Source of the DNA: Chlorokybus atmophyticus
Taxonomy: Eukaryota; Plantae; Mesostigma and Chlorokybus algae
Assembly: GCA_009103225.1 (NCBI GenBank)
Contig: RHPI01001292.1
Span: 349,243 to 413,242 of the forward strand
Reading direction: 5' to 3'
Length of the DNA stretch: 64,000 bases
The position numbers and the translations under genes were made by a program. The notes under the pieces are model-generated. The model was not told where the DNA came from. It made no database searches and was given only the letters and a program-made list of their open reading frames with translations. Positions 12,801-24,507 of the stretch are shown in pieces (the stretch's first letter is position 1; the number at the start of each line of letters is the position of its first letter).

Positions 12801-15800
12801 GTTGGGGATGAGCTGATCTTGCTCGTGCGACATGCCGGAGCGGAAGTGGGTGACGCCCACATCTGTCTGCCTGGAATACTGAAGATCACTCTGTGGAATG
12901 AGGATGTGGCCCATGCTCAGCATACCCAAACCACCGATCTCCTTGGGAGTGTAGAAGATGACGGGCGGGAATCTGCTAGGCATCTTGGAATTCAGCCCAA
13001 TCTTGATACGTGTCTGGATCTTGTTCTCGCACTTGACCATCAAGTCCAGCAACTCCTGCGTGTGCACACTAGCCTCTCGAACATAGGTCATCAGCCCGAT
13101 CAGAGCTGTGTTCCACTTGTTGGCGATCTTGGTGAATGTTGTCGAGCCACTGGACATGAGAATCTGGCGCACACGCGTCTCGAATGCCTTCATGAGCTCA
13201 TCATCCACTCGAAGGAACGCCGTGGCCGTCCGCTCCTTGGTAGCTTCGTTCTGCAGGTTCCAGACACCATCCTTGCTGGTGAAGGCCTCCTGTGCCATGC
13301 GAATCTTTGGAAGTATGCGCACTTCAAACCCAGACATGGAGAACAGCAGATTGGGGTTGTCCTTGCTGTACACGGACACAAAGCTGTTGTCCCAGTCTAA
13401 CGTGGTGATGCTGCGAGGCAAGCGGTTCCTCATGTCCCAGAAGACAGCGCGGCCAAGGTTCACGTCATGCTTCATGAGACGCATGCGAGCATCGCGGGGC
13501 CAGCACTTGCGGTTGTTGTAGCCCACGATATTCTCGTTGTTGGGATCTGGATGCTCAGTGAGGTAGCGCTGGATAAGATCGCGTGCCTCCTCATGAGTAA
13601 AGCGGAACAGAATGTGCAGCCTGTCGATGTACCGCGAGTACATGCGAATGGGATGCCGCGTCTCTGTCTTGATGTCCCTAAATGAGGCGAAGTCGTTGGG
13701 AGTCTGAGGAGGCCCCGCCAGCTCACTGGCGCGCGTCAATCCCAGCAGCAGCAAGTCCAACACCAACCCATAGTACTGCACAATGAAGGAAGCAAACTGC
13801 AGCCCGCGGATCAAGCCATAGGAGTTGGTGTGGCTCATGTCCTTGTAGGAGATGACAATATTATTCTTGGCTGTCATGTAGTCAGCGATGTTGTGATCCA
13901 CGATCAAGCGCAACAGCCTGTTGAGCATAGTCAGATCCACCTTCTCGTACAAGCGCTCCAGGCGTGTCTGCATCATCACAAGGCATTCGCCATTGCCGGT
14001 TTCCCACACGTCAACGAGGTTGTTGATGCCCTGGCACCACTTGTAGACAAGTAGCGGAGGTGGCTCACTGTCAGCTGGCTTCACCCAGTTGGGAAACAGA
14101 GACCGCTTGTCACCCTCGTACCAGAGGTACTGATCAAGGTAGGCATCCGTGATCTTCTCCAGAGGCTCGATCTCGTAAACCGGAATCAGGTGAGTGTAGA
14201 GGTCCATGAACTCAATTCCGACCTCCTTGAATGCGCGCTGGGTGAGCAGGTGGCGCTTGATGCGAGACAAGGCCTCATGTGGGTTGTCATATGCCTGCTC
14301 AATCAGCCCAAGCTCCTCGCGCTGCTGCTGATTCAGGCGCACAGACACTGTGTAGGCCTCCTTGAGTCTCTCCAGCGCCAGGATGAGCAGCTTGGTGTCA
14401 TGCTTGTAGGAAAGCGGCGGGAAGGGGATGGGCGAGAATTTGCGGGACTCCAGCCAGTGCACAGTGGTGGTGTAGATGGCGACAGCCTCTTCTGCAGTGA
14501 CATATGGCCCATCCTTTAAGTAGTTGTGCTGCCTCTCCTGCTCAGCCTTCAGCCAGAGACGAGTGAGGCGCCCGAGGTTCTTGCGGGAGACAGTCTTGTC
14601 AACTGTGGCACCACGGCGAATGCGCTCTCTGTTGTAGTGCGCAACGTTCGTCCACCAATCTGCCTTGGACTTGACATACCGCAAAATCATGTTCTCGATA
14701 GGAGCTGGCAAGCCAGGGACCTTCCAGGGGATGTTCGCCTTCCAACAGCGCCACGCTTCGCTAAGATGCTGAAGAATGGTGCGAGCCTTGTTCTGCTTGA
14801 CACCTTCTGGCATCATGTCAAGAATGTCATGCATGACTGCAGCGCGCAGCTCCAAATCATAGTGACTCTCCACTCTCTGCTTGGTGACAGTCTTTGCCAC
14901 AGCCTTGGACTGCCTGCCCTCAAACTGACGAGCAAGAAGGTTGCCGAGCCAGCGCTCCAGCAATGGGACAATGCCGCGCAGGAAGAACAGCCACACGCGC
15001 CACACTGGCGCCCAGAAGCCGCAACCAGGGCCCTTGCCAACTGGACCAGAGTTGAAGCGGTAGTAGACCAGGTGCTTCAAGTCTTTGCACATGCGAATCT
15101 GCCGCATCAGCCTGTACTTGTACCTGTACATACCCGTCAACTGGCCAACGTGGGCGAAGATGTACTGCAGCCCGTCTGCAAGCTGGAAGGCATCAACGTT
15201 GCCAAGCCGGAACTGCACATTGCTGTCCACCACCAGCTTCGTCAAACGCAAGATCTCACGGCACAAGTGGAACGCATTGCCAAAGCGTGACTTCTTACGC
15301 TCCTTCGTGGTCAGAGTCTTGATGGGCTTGAGATTGAAGTTGTAGTCCAGATGCAGGTAGTTGAGGTTCTTTCGGTGAATCAGCAAGTTGAGCATGTTGT
15401 ACCCCTGGCGACACACCTGCAGGCCAACCTCCACCCAGTCCAGCTCAGTGGTCTGAAAGAATTTTGTGGCCCGCAGCGACCGGAACAGATACTTCTTCTT
15501 GAGTGCCTTGGGCGCTCGATGATGCAGAGTGTTCAGCACATACATCTTCAGCAGCTTCTGGTAGCTGACGCGAACCTTCACAGGGTAGTTGGGAGGGCAG
15601 TGCTCTCTAAACCAGTTGGCCACAAGCGGCACATCCACAGCACGCCTTGTACGACCGGAGCGCTTGTTGAAAGGATGAGGCGCGAACAACAGCGCAATTG
15701 CACTGGCAGTGGTGTCAGTGTACAACGGCTTGCTCTCCAGGAAAGGCTCCACACCATCAGGCAACACAAAGTCATCATCATCTTCAGCTTCTTCAACCTT

Positions 15801-17574
15801 CCGGTCAGCCTTCCCAGTCTTGTAGAAGGCAATGGGATGAATGAGAGGGTCAAAATAGAAGGCTGGCAGCTCAGGGTCCTCAGACTTGATGTACATGGTC
15901 ATAGGCGTGTGGTATGTGGAGAGCGCCACCTTCCTAGGCCTGTTGTTGTACAAGTGGGGGAAGGCGATGCGGTACTCAGTGCGAATCTGGTTGCGAATGA
16001 TCAGCTTGTTGATGTCATTGAACTCATTCCACTCCTCATCACCAGCCTCAGAGTCGCGATACAAAGGCTCAAACTTGGGACCTCCAGGAATGGCCATGTT
16101 CAGAGCCTTGGACGTGAAAAAAGACTGCATGTCGAAGAGGTAGAAATAGTTGCTGTCCGTCAAGTCACTGAGCAACTGGCCAGCAAGCCGATGCAGTGTT
16201 GCCATAATGGGCAAGGACAACCGCCACTTGCGATAGCTGGGACCATTAACCAACTTGGTGTGGGCCAGTGGCATGTGGTCATAGAACCAGTCATACACAG
16301 CAGCGTCATCCTCCTCATCCATCTCCAGGCGGATGGGTTCCAAGGGCTCCACGTCCAGCAGGTTATCAGCGTAATCCAATGGAGGCTCCTCATCATCAAA
16401 GGGTGGAAACCGCATGCGCTTGAAGTGTCGCCGATCCCTCTTCTCCCGCCGCATCATGATCCACATGCTGCCCCATTGTGCTATGTACACAGGCTCAATA
16501 ACACGCGGCGTTTCATCAATGAACGTGATGGCGCCAGTGATATGGTATAATACTCGACAGTTCCGGACTTGCTCCCAAGGCATGGGCATGTTCTCCAGCA
16601 GCTTCAGGACCGCATGTGGAACAAACTTCAGCGCACCAAGGTAGACGCGCTTGTCTCGCCTGAACTTTCGAGAGCTCATGTCCCCATGATCCCTGATAAT
16701 CTTGCGCACATGCTCTGGGGGCATCGCCTCCTTCTGCGTCTCCACATACCCAAACTTCCGCTTGTCACCATACCTACAAGCCAGCATAAGGTAAGTTGGG
16801 CTGTAAAATAGGCAGAGCAACAATAACTACAACCTAACACGAAAGCTTTCACAGCTCAAAAGAATATAGGAAAACAAACAACAACAAACTGCCAGGTAAC
16901 AACCAAACAAGCGGACATCGTGGCATGATGGGCTGCACGACACAACACCACCAACCTCCGCATACTCACTGTGTAAAGTGTAAACTGCGAGCTGAGCACA
17001 TAGCAGGATACCTATACTAAACAAGAACGCAACTAAAGCTGCAGCGTGCTATTCGCAACGGCCTAATAATGGTTGTAAGCTTGTCGCTGACTTTTCGCCT
17101 GAAAAAGTCAGCGACAAGCTTACAACCAATAGCATCAAGGCTGCCAGTACATCCCCAGCAGTGAAACCCTAAACAACTCAACTCACAGAACGGGAGCGGC
17201 TAAACAGTACACATAAAACGCAGCAATATCGCTTCATTGCTATTGTTGATTCGTTAACACACATAGATGAACCAAGATAGCAACATCGCAATTGAGTTCA
17301 AGTAGCAGACTGAGCTGTTGAACGGCAAATCAACATGCATGCAGCGCAAGTCTGCATGCTAACATAAACATGAACAACACACCCACCTTTTGCTGTTAAG
17401 CTGCTGCCACTTGCGCGCTTTCTCCTCCAAAAACGCCTCCTTGGCTGGGTCGTAAGCTGAGCCTGGAGGCAAGGGCGGCGTGCCCATCCCAGTGGGCGGT
17501 GGAGGAGGCGGCTGAGCCGGAGGCATGTTGACAGCTGGACCCGGAGGTGCTGGCGGTGGAGGCGGCGGCACCAT
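9897..17574 (-). CDS. PRP8: Pre-mRNA-processing-splicing factor 8; exon 1 17574-17387, intron 17386-16774, exon 2 16773-9897
   Basis: ORF of about 2300 aa with unmistakable PRP8 sequence ([40 protein letters not shown]-terminal RNase H-like and MPN regions). A Pro-rich first exon ending [15 protein letters not shown] joins YGDKRKFG through a phase-2 GT-AG intron. Confidence 0.99.
17070..17128. repeat. Perfect 26-bp inverted repeat with a 7-nt loop inside the PRP8 intron
   Basis: TGGTTGTAAGCTTGTCGCTGACTTTT (17070-17095), loop CGCCTGA, then AAAAGTCAGCGACAAGCTTACAACCA (17103-17128). Confidence 0.97.
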
Positions 17575-17798
17575 CTTTTCCACCTTCTGCTCAAACAACG
17601 AGCCGCACCGGCTTCAGCAAACTTCAACCACCCATACGCTTGAAGCCAGAGCGATCACTGTGCTCTGAAGAGCAACGATACCACACAGCGTCCTTCTCAA
17701 GAGAACAGACCACAACGGCCCCGCAGACCTCCCGACCAACAAGCCGCCCGCCGCAGCCGCTGCCGCCGCCCTGACGGCTGCTGTGAGCAACTCACAGG

Positions 17799-17807
17799 TT
17801 AGGGTTT
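17799..17807 (-). promoter_or_regulatory. Telo-box (AAACCCTAA) in the PRP8 5' region
   Basis: TTAGGGTTT on + at 17799-17807. Further AAACCCTA copies at 6191, 17164, 28942 and 63796, each in a 5' region or first intron. Confidence 0.45.
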
Positions 17808-18480
17808 GGCTGGAAGGGTTTGTGTTGAGGGCTTGTATTATAACCAAGTCAGTTACTCCGCGGTAAATGACGCGGTTAAGCAGTTCCGCGGTCATCGTAA
17901 TGCGCCGTAACTGCTAGGGGTCGTGTTCGAGATACGTCCCGTGTCAGACGTGTTCGCTCCGCAACCGCGTTACGTCTTTGCGGGGCGTCGCGCGCTGAGT
18001 TATTCAGGACACGGTCAGGTGTTAACTGTAAGCGCCGTAACCCTAAATGAGGACTTTAACCCTCTATTGTTTCACATAGACAGGGTCTTGCACTGTGCAA
18101 GTTGCACAGCGTTCAAAGCCCATTATATATATTAGCTCCACCGTGCATGGTGCGAACATGTCTGTCAGTGAGGGGATGTGTTTCCCTCTATGAATTTGTC
18201 ATGCAAGGGCAGACGCGTGCATAGAAAATCAGTTGGACTGATATGCCGCATAGCAGCAAGTACTCATAGCATCAACAGGCACATGTACACACAAACAGGC
18301 TCAGTCTGTAGTTTACAATTCAACATGCTGCGCAGCGCAACACGGCAATCGATGTATAGCATGCTGAGCTTTCAAATGCAAGCATGCTGGCAAGTAGCCC
18401 AAAACATTATGTAACAAAGGCATGACTGAATAACATAGCTAATTATGGAACACAAGAGAGTGGTGTGTGGTGTCTGCTCA

Positions 18481-19785
18481 TCACCGTCGCCGTCCGCCAG
18501 CAAGACCGGGTATCGACTCCCTAACCTCCTTTGCCTGGTTGGGATCTGCACAAACACACACAGCACATGGCATGAATGCTATGGTCTGGCCAATGCAGAT
18601 ATGTGGATGAAAGTACAAAGCTGAAGCCAATCCAACTTACCTATGAATTGGGTAAATATGCGCGTAAAGAAGCTGAAGTTCCGCAACATGCTTTGTCTCA
18701 AAGCTGGTGGTAGCGGCTGCAAAGACAAGGCATCAGCATCAACTCTACAACATCAGCGCGTGCGACGCATCAGCTCTTCACAAACAGCCTTACCTGGAAG
18801 AGGCTTTCAGGGCTGAACACCCTTTGAAGGAAAGCAAAGTTCCTGCCGAATGCTTCGGAGATTTCAGAAGGCATCTCGAACAGATCGCTGTCTTCATCAC
18901 CTTGCTGTCCTCCTTGCTTCTGCATGCGCGCGTGCAGCTCCCTCGCCCCTTGCCTCATCGCTGCACGCCTGCCCGTCCCGCCCCTGACAACCTACCACAT
19001 GCGCATGATGATCTGTGTGTGCTTCCTCCATAGCCGCAAACTCAAAAGTGTTCTGACTGTCGATTGCTTTGGAATCTGGGACCAAAGCTACCACTGATGG
19101 ACGCAGCTTCAATTTTTGTCCAGCAAATGCACGTCATGGTTTGCATTCCATGCAGTGTATGCAGAGCTACAGGGTTGGTGTCATTTATGTCAAGCTGTGC
19201 TAACTGAACTGGCCAGCATGAGGGGAGAAAGTACACAATATCTGTGCAGTCAGTGCCTGAAACGGCAAGCACACATACACGTGCAAGCTATGACCTGTGA
19301 CACTGCTCTGACCGAGCTAGGTCCACATGGTAGGTCCGTTTAGCCCAAAATGTGGCGACCGGATTGCTCTATGCTACGCTCTGCCATACCCGCATTTCAA
19401 TGATAAAAAGGCATGCAGCGATTGCACGAGACGTTCATGCCGCAGACTTGCCTGGCTAACCCTAGCGCTGCTCCGCTCGACCTCATGACAGCAAGAAACG
19501 GCGATGAGCAAACTTACACCAAAGCATGAGCAACTTCAACATGGACATAGACATAGACGGCAACGACGACGTCGGCCATTCCTACCAGACAAGCCCTTCA
19601 ACACACCACAGACACACTTTCTCACGCACCTGCTGAGGGGTGCCCTGAGTGACAGAGACGCTCTCCTGCTTGACGACCCGCTTGGTTGCGGCTGACTTGG
19701 ACGACACGGGCGAGGAGGCTTTGAGGCCATGCTGCCCCTCGCGCCTTGCAGCCCCCTCCCCCGTCCTGTCCGCCGCCGCCGCCAT
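18481..19785 (-). CDS. Small hypothetical protein with a tandem RNF(A/S)F..R(V/I)F motif; last three exons supported, 5' end uncertain
   Basis: Exon from 18991 (...FEMPSEISEAFGRNFAFLQRVFSPESLFQ), then PLPPALRQSMLRNFSFFTRIFTQFI, then DPNQAKEVRESIPGLAGGRRR* splice in frame at GT-AG sites. Stop at 18481-18483. Confidence 0.7.
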
Positions 19786-20635
19786 GGCTGCCAGGCGGGG
19801 TATGCTGCTAGCCTCACAGTGGATAGCATTGCCACCAGTATCGCAACGCGATACTTTACGACACTACAGATATCTTTCAGGCTCCAGATACTGCAACCTA
19901 AGTACCTTAGCAAAGTACTTGGTGTTCTGCTTTGCTGCCACGTGGCGCAGGTAGCGAGCTGGGCCGTGGCGGCAGCGGTGGCGTTGTTGTGTAGGCGTAC
20001 GTGGTTGGAGGACGAGGCGTTGGCGGTCTCAGTGGGTGACAGTAGCCTTGCTGCGATTCAAGCCCCTGTGCAGCTGATTTGTCCTCCACAGCATGCGGCC
20101 GCCGCTGATCGACGCTGACATGCGGCCGTCGAGGTGGGCTTGTTGCGCAATCGGTGTGCCAACACGTTGTGTAGGTTACTGTGAACGTCGCATTGCTGCT
20201 GAGTGATGATGGTTGTTGATCATCAGTGATATTGTGTGCGGTTGCAGTCAAGTGCACTGGCTGCTATGGTGGTTGCATGGGTGGGGTTCACTTGTAGCAA
20301 CTGCAGCTTGAGGTTGTTATCAGATTCACTAAGTATACATGCCCAATGTTGAGCTGTGTAAAACCGTACATGACAGCTTGCTTGATAGAGAGCTTGGTGC
20401 TGATCAACAGTTGAGCGCTTCACAAGCTCTTCCAGCTATTTACCATGCGCACGTCATTCTCACACTTGACCGTCTATGCATGACCATTTCACTGCATGCA
20501 TGACACTCCTGTTGTAGTTAAATGCTGGCTTGATTTGGGGGGAAGTACTTCAGTCAGTCAGTCAGTTACGAGCGTGCTTCAGTTAAGCACGCTCTTGCTA
20601 CTGGCATCTCAGCTATTAACAGTCTCATGCTGCAG

Positions 20636-21688
20636 TGGACCGCCTGGGGGACCGGGAGGCGCGCAGCTGGCCTGCCCTGAGCTCGCCCAGATGACGCCTG
20701 AGCGGCTGCAGGTGTGTGTTGAGGTCCTGCGTGCGTGCTCGTGCTTGTGTGTTGTCTGGACCCTCTGCTTGAGATTGGAACCGCAGTGCTGTGACTCATT
20801 TGTGAACATGATGTTAGGAGTTGCTGACTGATGAGCGGGCGTTTGCGCGGTTTGCAGAGTCGCAGAACGTGCTGGAAACCGTGATCAGAATGGTACACCC
20901 ACTACATCCACCAAACGAATGCGCATTGGCTTTGTGTTCTGCAATAGTTCGTTGACATGTTGCTTGCCCTCGCAGCAAAAGAGGGAGCAAGTCACAGTGA
21001 ATGAAGCCATTGCGAGAACCAACCTAGCGCTGGAACCATCCATAAAAACGCTGCAAGACGAAGTTAGGGTTGTTGCCACTTCTAAAGTTTAACAGTGCAC
21101 TTATGTATTGAAATTGATTTAAGGTGCTTTGCCCCTAACATGACAGATAGCCACCATGAGTGCCCAAGTAGAGGATGCCCGTCGCGCCTATGAGAATGCA
21201 CGTCGTGAACAAAGCGCGATGGTCAGCTCCGTCAGCCCAGCATCGCTTCTCGACAGATTGCAAAGTCAGTGTATGCTGGGTGTGACAATGCAGTGGGGCA
21301 GTCATTGCTACAGTAAATACTGACCATGTGGACGTTTTTGTTTTTCAGAAGCCGCAGCCGCTGCAGATGACGAGTCAGAAGACTTGATACGGTATGTGGT
21401 GGATTGTTTCTGCGGCTAGCTTATTTGTGGCCTCCAGTTGACGTGTGCCTTGCCTGTTGTGTAGTACATCAACGCTGTGTGGGTTCATCGCATATTAGGT
21501 CTTTGTTGGGACGTGTGTTAGGCTAGGGCTTGCCAATACAATGTAGGATACTACTCATGGTGTTCATGCTCTGCAGGAATCAAACTCCAAACATGGAGCT
21601 GTTGGATCAGTACAAGGCGCTACGCATATTGCATCATCGGCGTGTAATGATAGCGCGAGCGGCTCAAAGTCTTGTGCAGGGCAATTGA
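20636..21688 (+). CDS. VPS37: ESCRT-I subunit VPS37 (Mod(r) domain); 5' exons upstream of 20636 unresolved
   Basis: Spliced CPELAQMTPERLQ|ELLTDERAFARF...|ARTNLALEPSIKTLQDE|...SPASLLDRLQ|EAAAAADDESEDLIR|...LLDQYKALRILHHRRVM matches the plant VPS37 C-terminal pattern (SP.SLL.RLQ...DEESE.L...Y..LR..HRR). Stop TGA at 21686-21688. Confidence 0.8.
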
Positions 21689-23141
21689 TAGTGCCGTGTG
21701 ACTGGATGTCATCTGTATATATGTTGCAAATGTGGGCTATTGATGGTTGCTGTGCAACTGTCGTGTGCAGACGCATGCATAGTTATAGTCAAAAGTCGGT
21801 CATGCATGCGCTGTTGAGAACGCCGTACTGGTGTTGACTGACACTGTGTGCAGGTTTGGAGAGTCTTCAGAGCTAACAAGCCGCATTGAGAATTGGAATA
21901 ATGAACATTTTGGTATACAGTCAACCGCCTGTCTGAAATGATCCACCCCTCATTGTTACAACCCTCAACATGTTCAGCATGTTTGCACTATACAACCCAA
22001 TTATTTACTGCTATGCTACGTTGGTATCGTTGCACATGTATAACACCAACCAGCCTGTCCCTTGTCTCCTTGCAGCAGGTAGCCACATCTACTACTTTTT
22101 TCTTGTGGTCAACCATTCCATTCTAGTAGAACAGCATAGTGCGCTACGCGCACTCATGTACATGGGTTTCCTCTCCCCTCTCCTGTGCTGCTCAGGTATA
22201 CTTGAGCGGCAAAGTAAAGCCGACTTGCCCGACTGCCTGCCTGCTGGCTATCATTGCACATAGCCCCAGCCCCAGCCCCGTAGTTTAGCTAGGTTGTGCG
22301 CTTGTGCTTAATTGTTGGGTTGTTTTGCTGTGAGCTGTGACTGCCTGCTTGTGCTTGTGTTTGTACTTGCTTGCTTATGCTTCAGTTTCAACCCTATACC
22401 GTATAGGTGCATAGAACGGTTTTCACCGCAAATGAAGTGCCCGCTGCAGCAAAGTTGAACACCATTTCCGGCGTAATGACACTGAGGAACCACAAGACAA
22501 GCATGCCTTGATCAGTAATTGACAAAGCTGGAGTCCACTGCATTAGGCATTGGTAGGTGACAAGACAGCGTAGTAAACTGACTGACTTACATGTGTTGTG
22601 CTGTAGATTCGCGCCTTGAAGTGTATATAAACCTGCTGTTGCTGTCATTGTTGATGGCAGGATAGGTTCTTTGATTGTGACATCTGCAGTTGCACTGGGT
22701 ATCCATGGTCACGATGCTGACGCTGATATCGTTGCTTTGAGGGCGCCACTTCTTAAGCTCTAGCATATCGTGGACCAGCGTCTTGCGGCTGTTGGAACGG
22801 TAAGCACTTATGCATCAGTCAAATTGTCGAGCCGCAATGCACGCACGCACGCCTGATGCATGCCTGTACAGGTGCGTGCACTCGCTCACACATGGCATTG
22901 TCATTGCACGGTGTGTAAGCATTAACTCACACTGCATGCCGAGCACCCTGCCAGGTGTACAGTGTACCAGTGCGGTGTACGCACACCCGCGCGCACAATC
23001 TCACACATACTCCACCACTTGTATACACCTACCTGCTGAAGAAAAAGCCCAGAAAAGCCTCCACTACACCCCGTGCTATGCCAGCCCATACTGCGTCGAC
23101 ATAGTCCCTGCCGCTGCCCTGCGTACGAGGCGATCCTCCAA

Positions 23142-23424
<283 letters not shown>

Positions 23425-24507
23425 NTGCTCGCACGCAACTATGAGACGCACCAAAGCTACGCTCGCGCACAGACTGCCTAGTTTGGGGGCAGCAACGCAT
23501 CACGTGATATGGAAAGGCGCTGGTGCTAGTGGCGCAACGACCGTCGAGTACCGGTCCAAACCTGGGGATTGCCTGTGGATGTGACGGGCCGATGCCAAGG
23601 GAGGTTTCTGACCGGACCGACCGGCTGCACAACGGCAGCGTAATCGAGGTGACGTATATCCCTCCTTTTCTGGTTCGTGGTTTATACGCATAGCAAGACA
23701 GCGACCACCCGTACCTTGTAAGCACTATGGGTTCAGTGCTTTGTGTGCGGGCAGTTGGCAGCCACTGGTGGTTGTGTGTGTGTCCAGCAGAGTGCGTTCT
23801 GTTTCCCCGGTATAGGTAGTGGTAGTTGCGCTATGTCTTGCCCTGGTAAACTATGACTTGCATTCAGATGTAAATTAACACACCAAGCAGGACGCATACA
23901 GCAACCCGCATCATCATCAAGTCCTTGTGAATATTGCAAGAACGACATTCATTACAAATTACAATACACTTTTAGCAGCTACGGGTTGAAGAGTGACACA
24001 GGCCGCAATACGACACTCTGTGTGTAACAACACCCCTATGACACATGATGGCCCTTGTGGATATAGCCAGAACTCTGCTGCCTGCTTGTTATCAATAGTC
24101 ATTCAGTCTAAACCAGTTTTCTGCTCTTATCTTACATAATCTGTACATAAAACACGACTAACCAGTAATTTGCTAGCTACTCTGCTATCTCTAATCCTGA
24201 TGACGCTGGTGCTGATCTCTTTGCTTGCGCTCAAGGCATAGTTACAACCACATCAAATCTCCCAAGGCGCATCCCCGCGCTAGCAGCGTGTACCAAAAAA
24301 GACTGAGAAGAACATAAGCATGTCAAAGAGAGATTGCATAAGTAACCGTTTTACGAAGAAAAAAGGGTATCCATGGCAGATTTGCAGTAACAAAGGTGCA
24401 GTAATAGCCAGTTACTCTGAGAGTGCTGTTCAAGGAGAGATGCAGAGCTGAGCTGGTATTTACCAGCACAACATCAAGGCAAGGCAGGAAAGACAAACAT
24501 CCTGTTG

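Noticed and set aside
10041-16550. Long + strand ORFs (358, 395, 254 and 399 aa)
   Set aside because: Antisense shadows of the codon-biased PRP8 exon, with no recognisable motifs.
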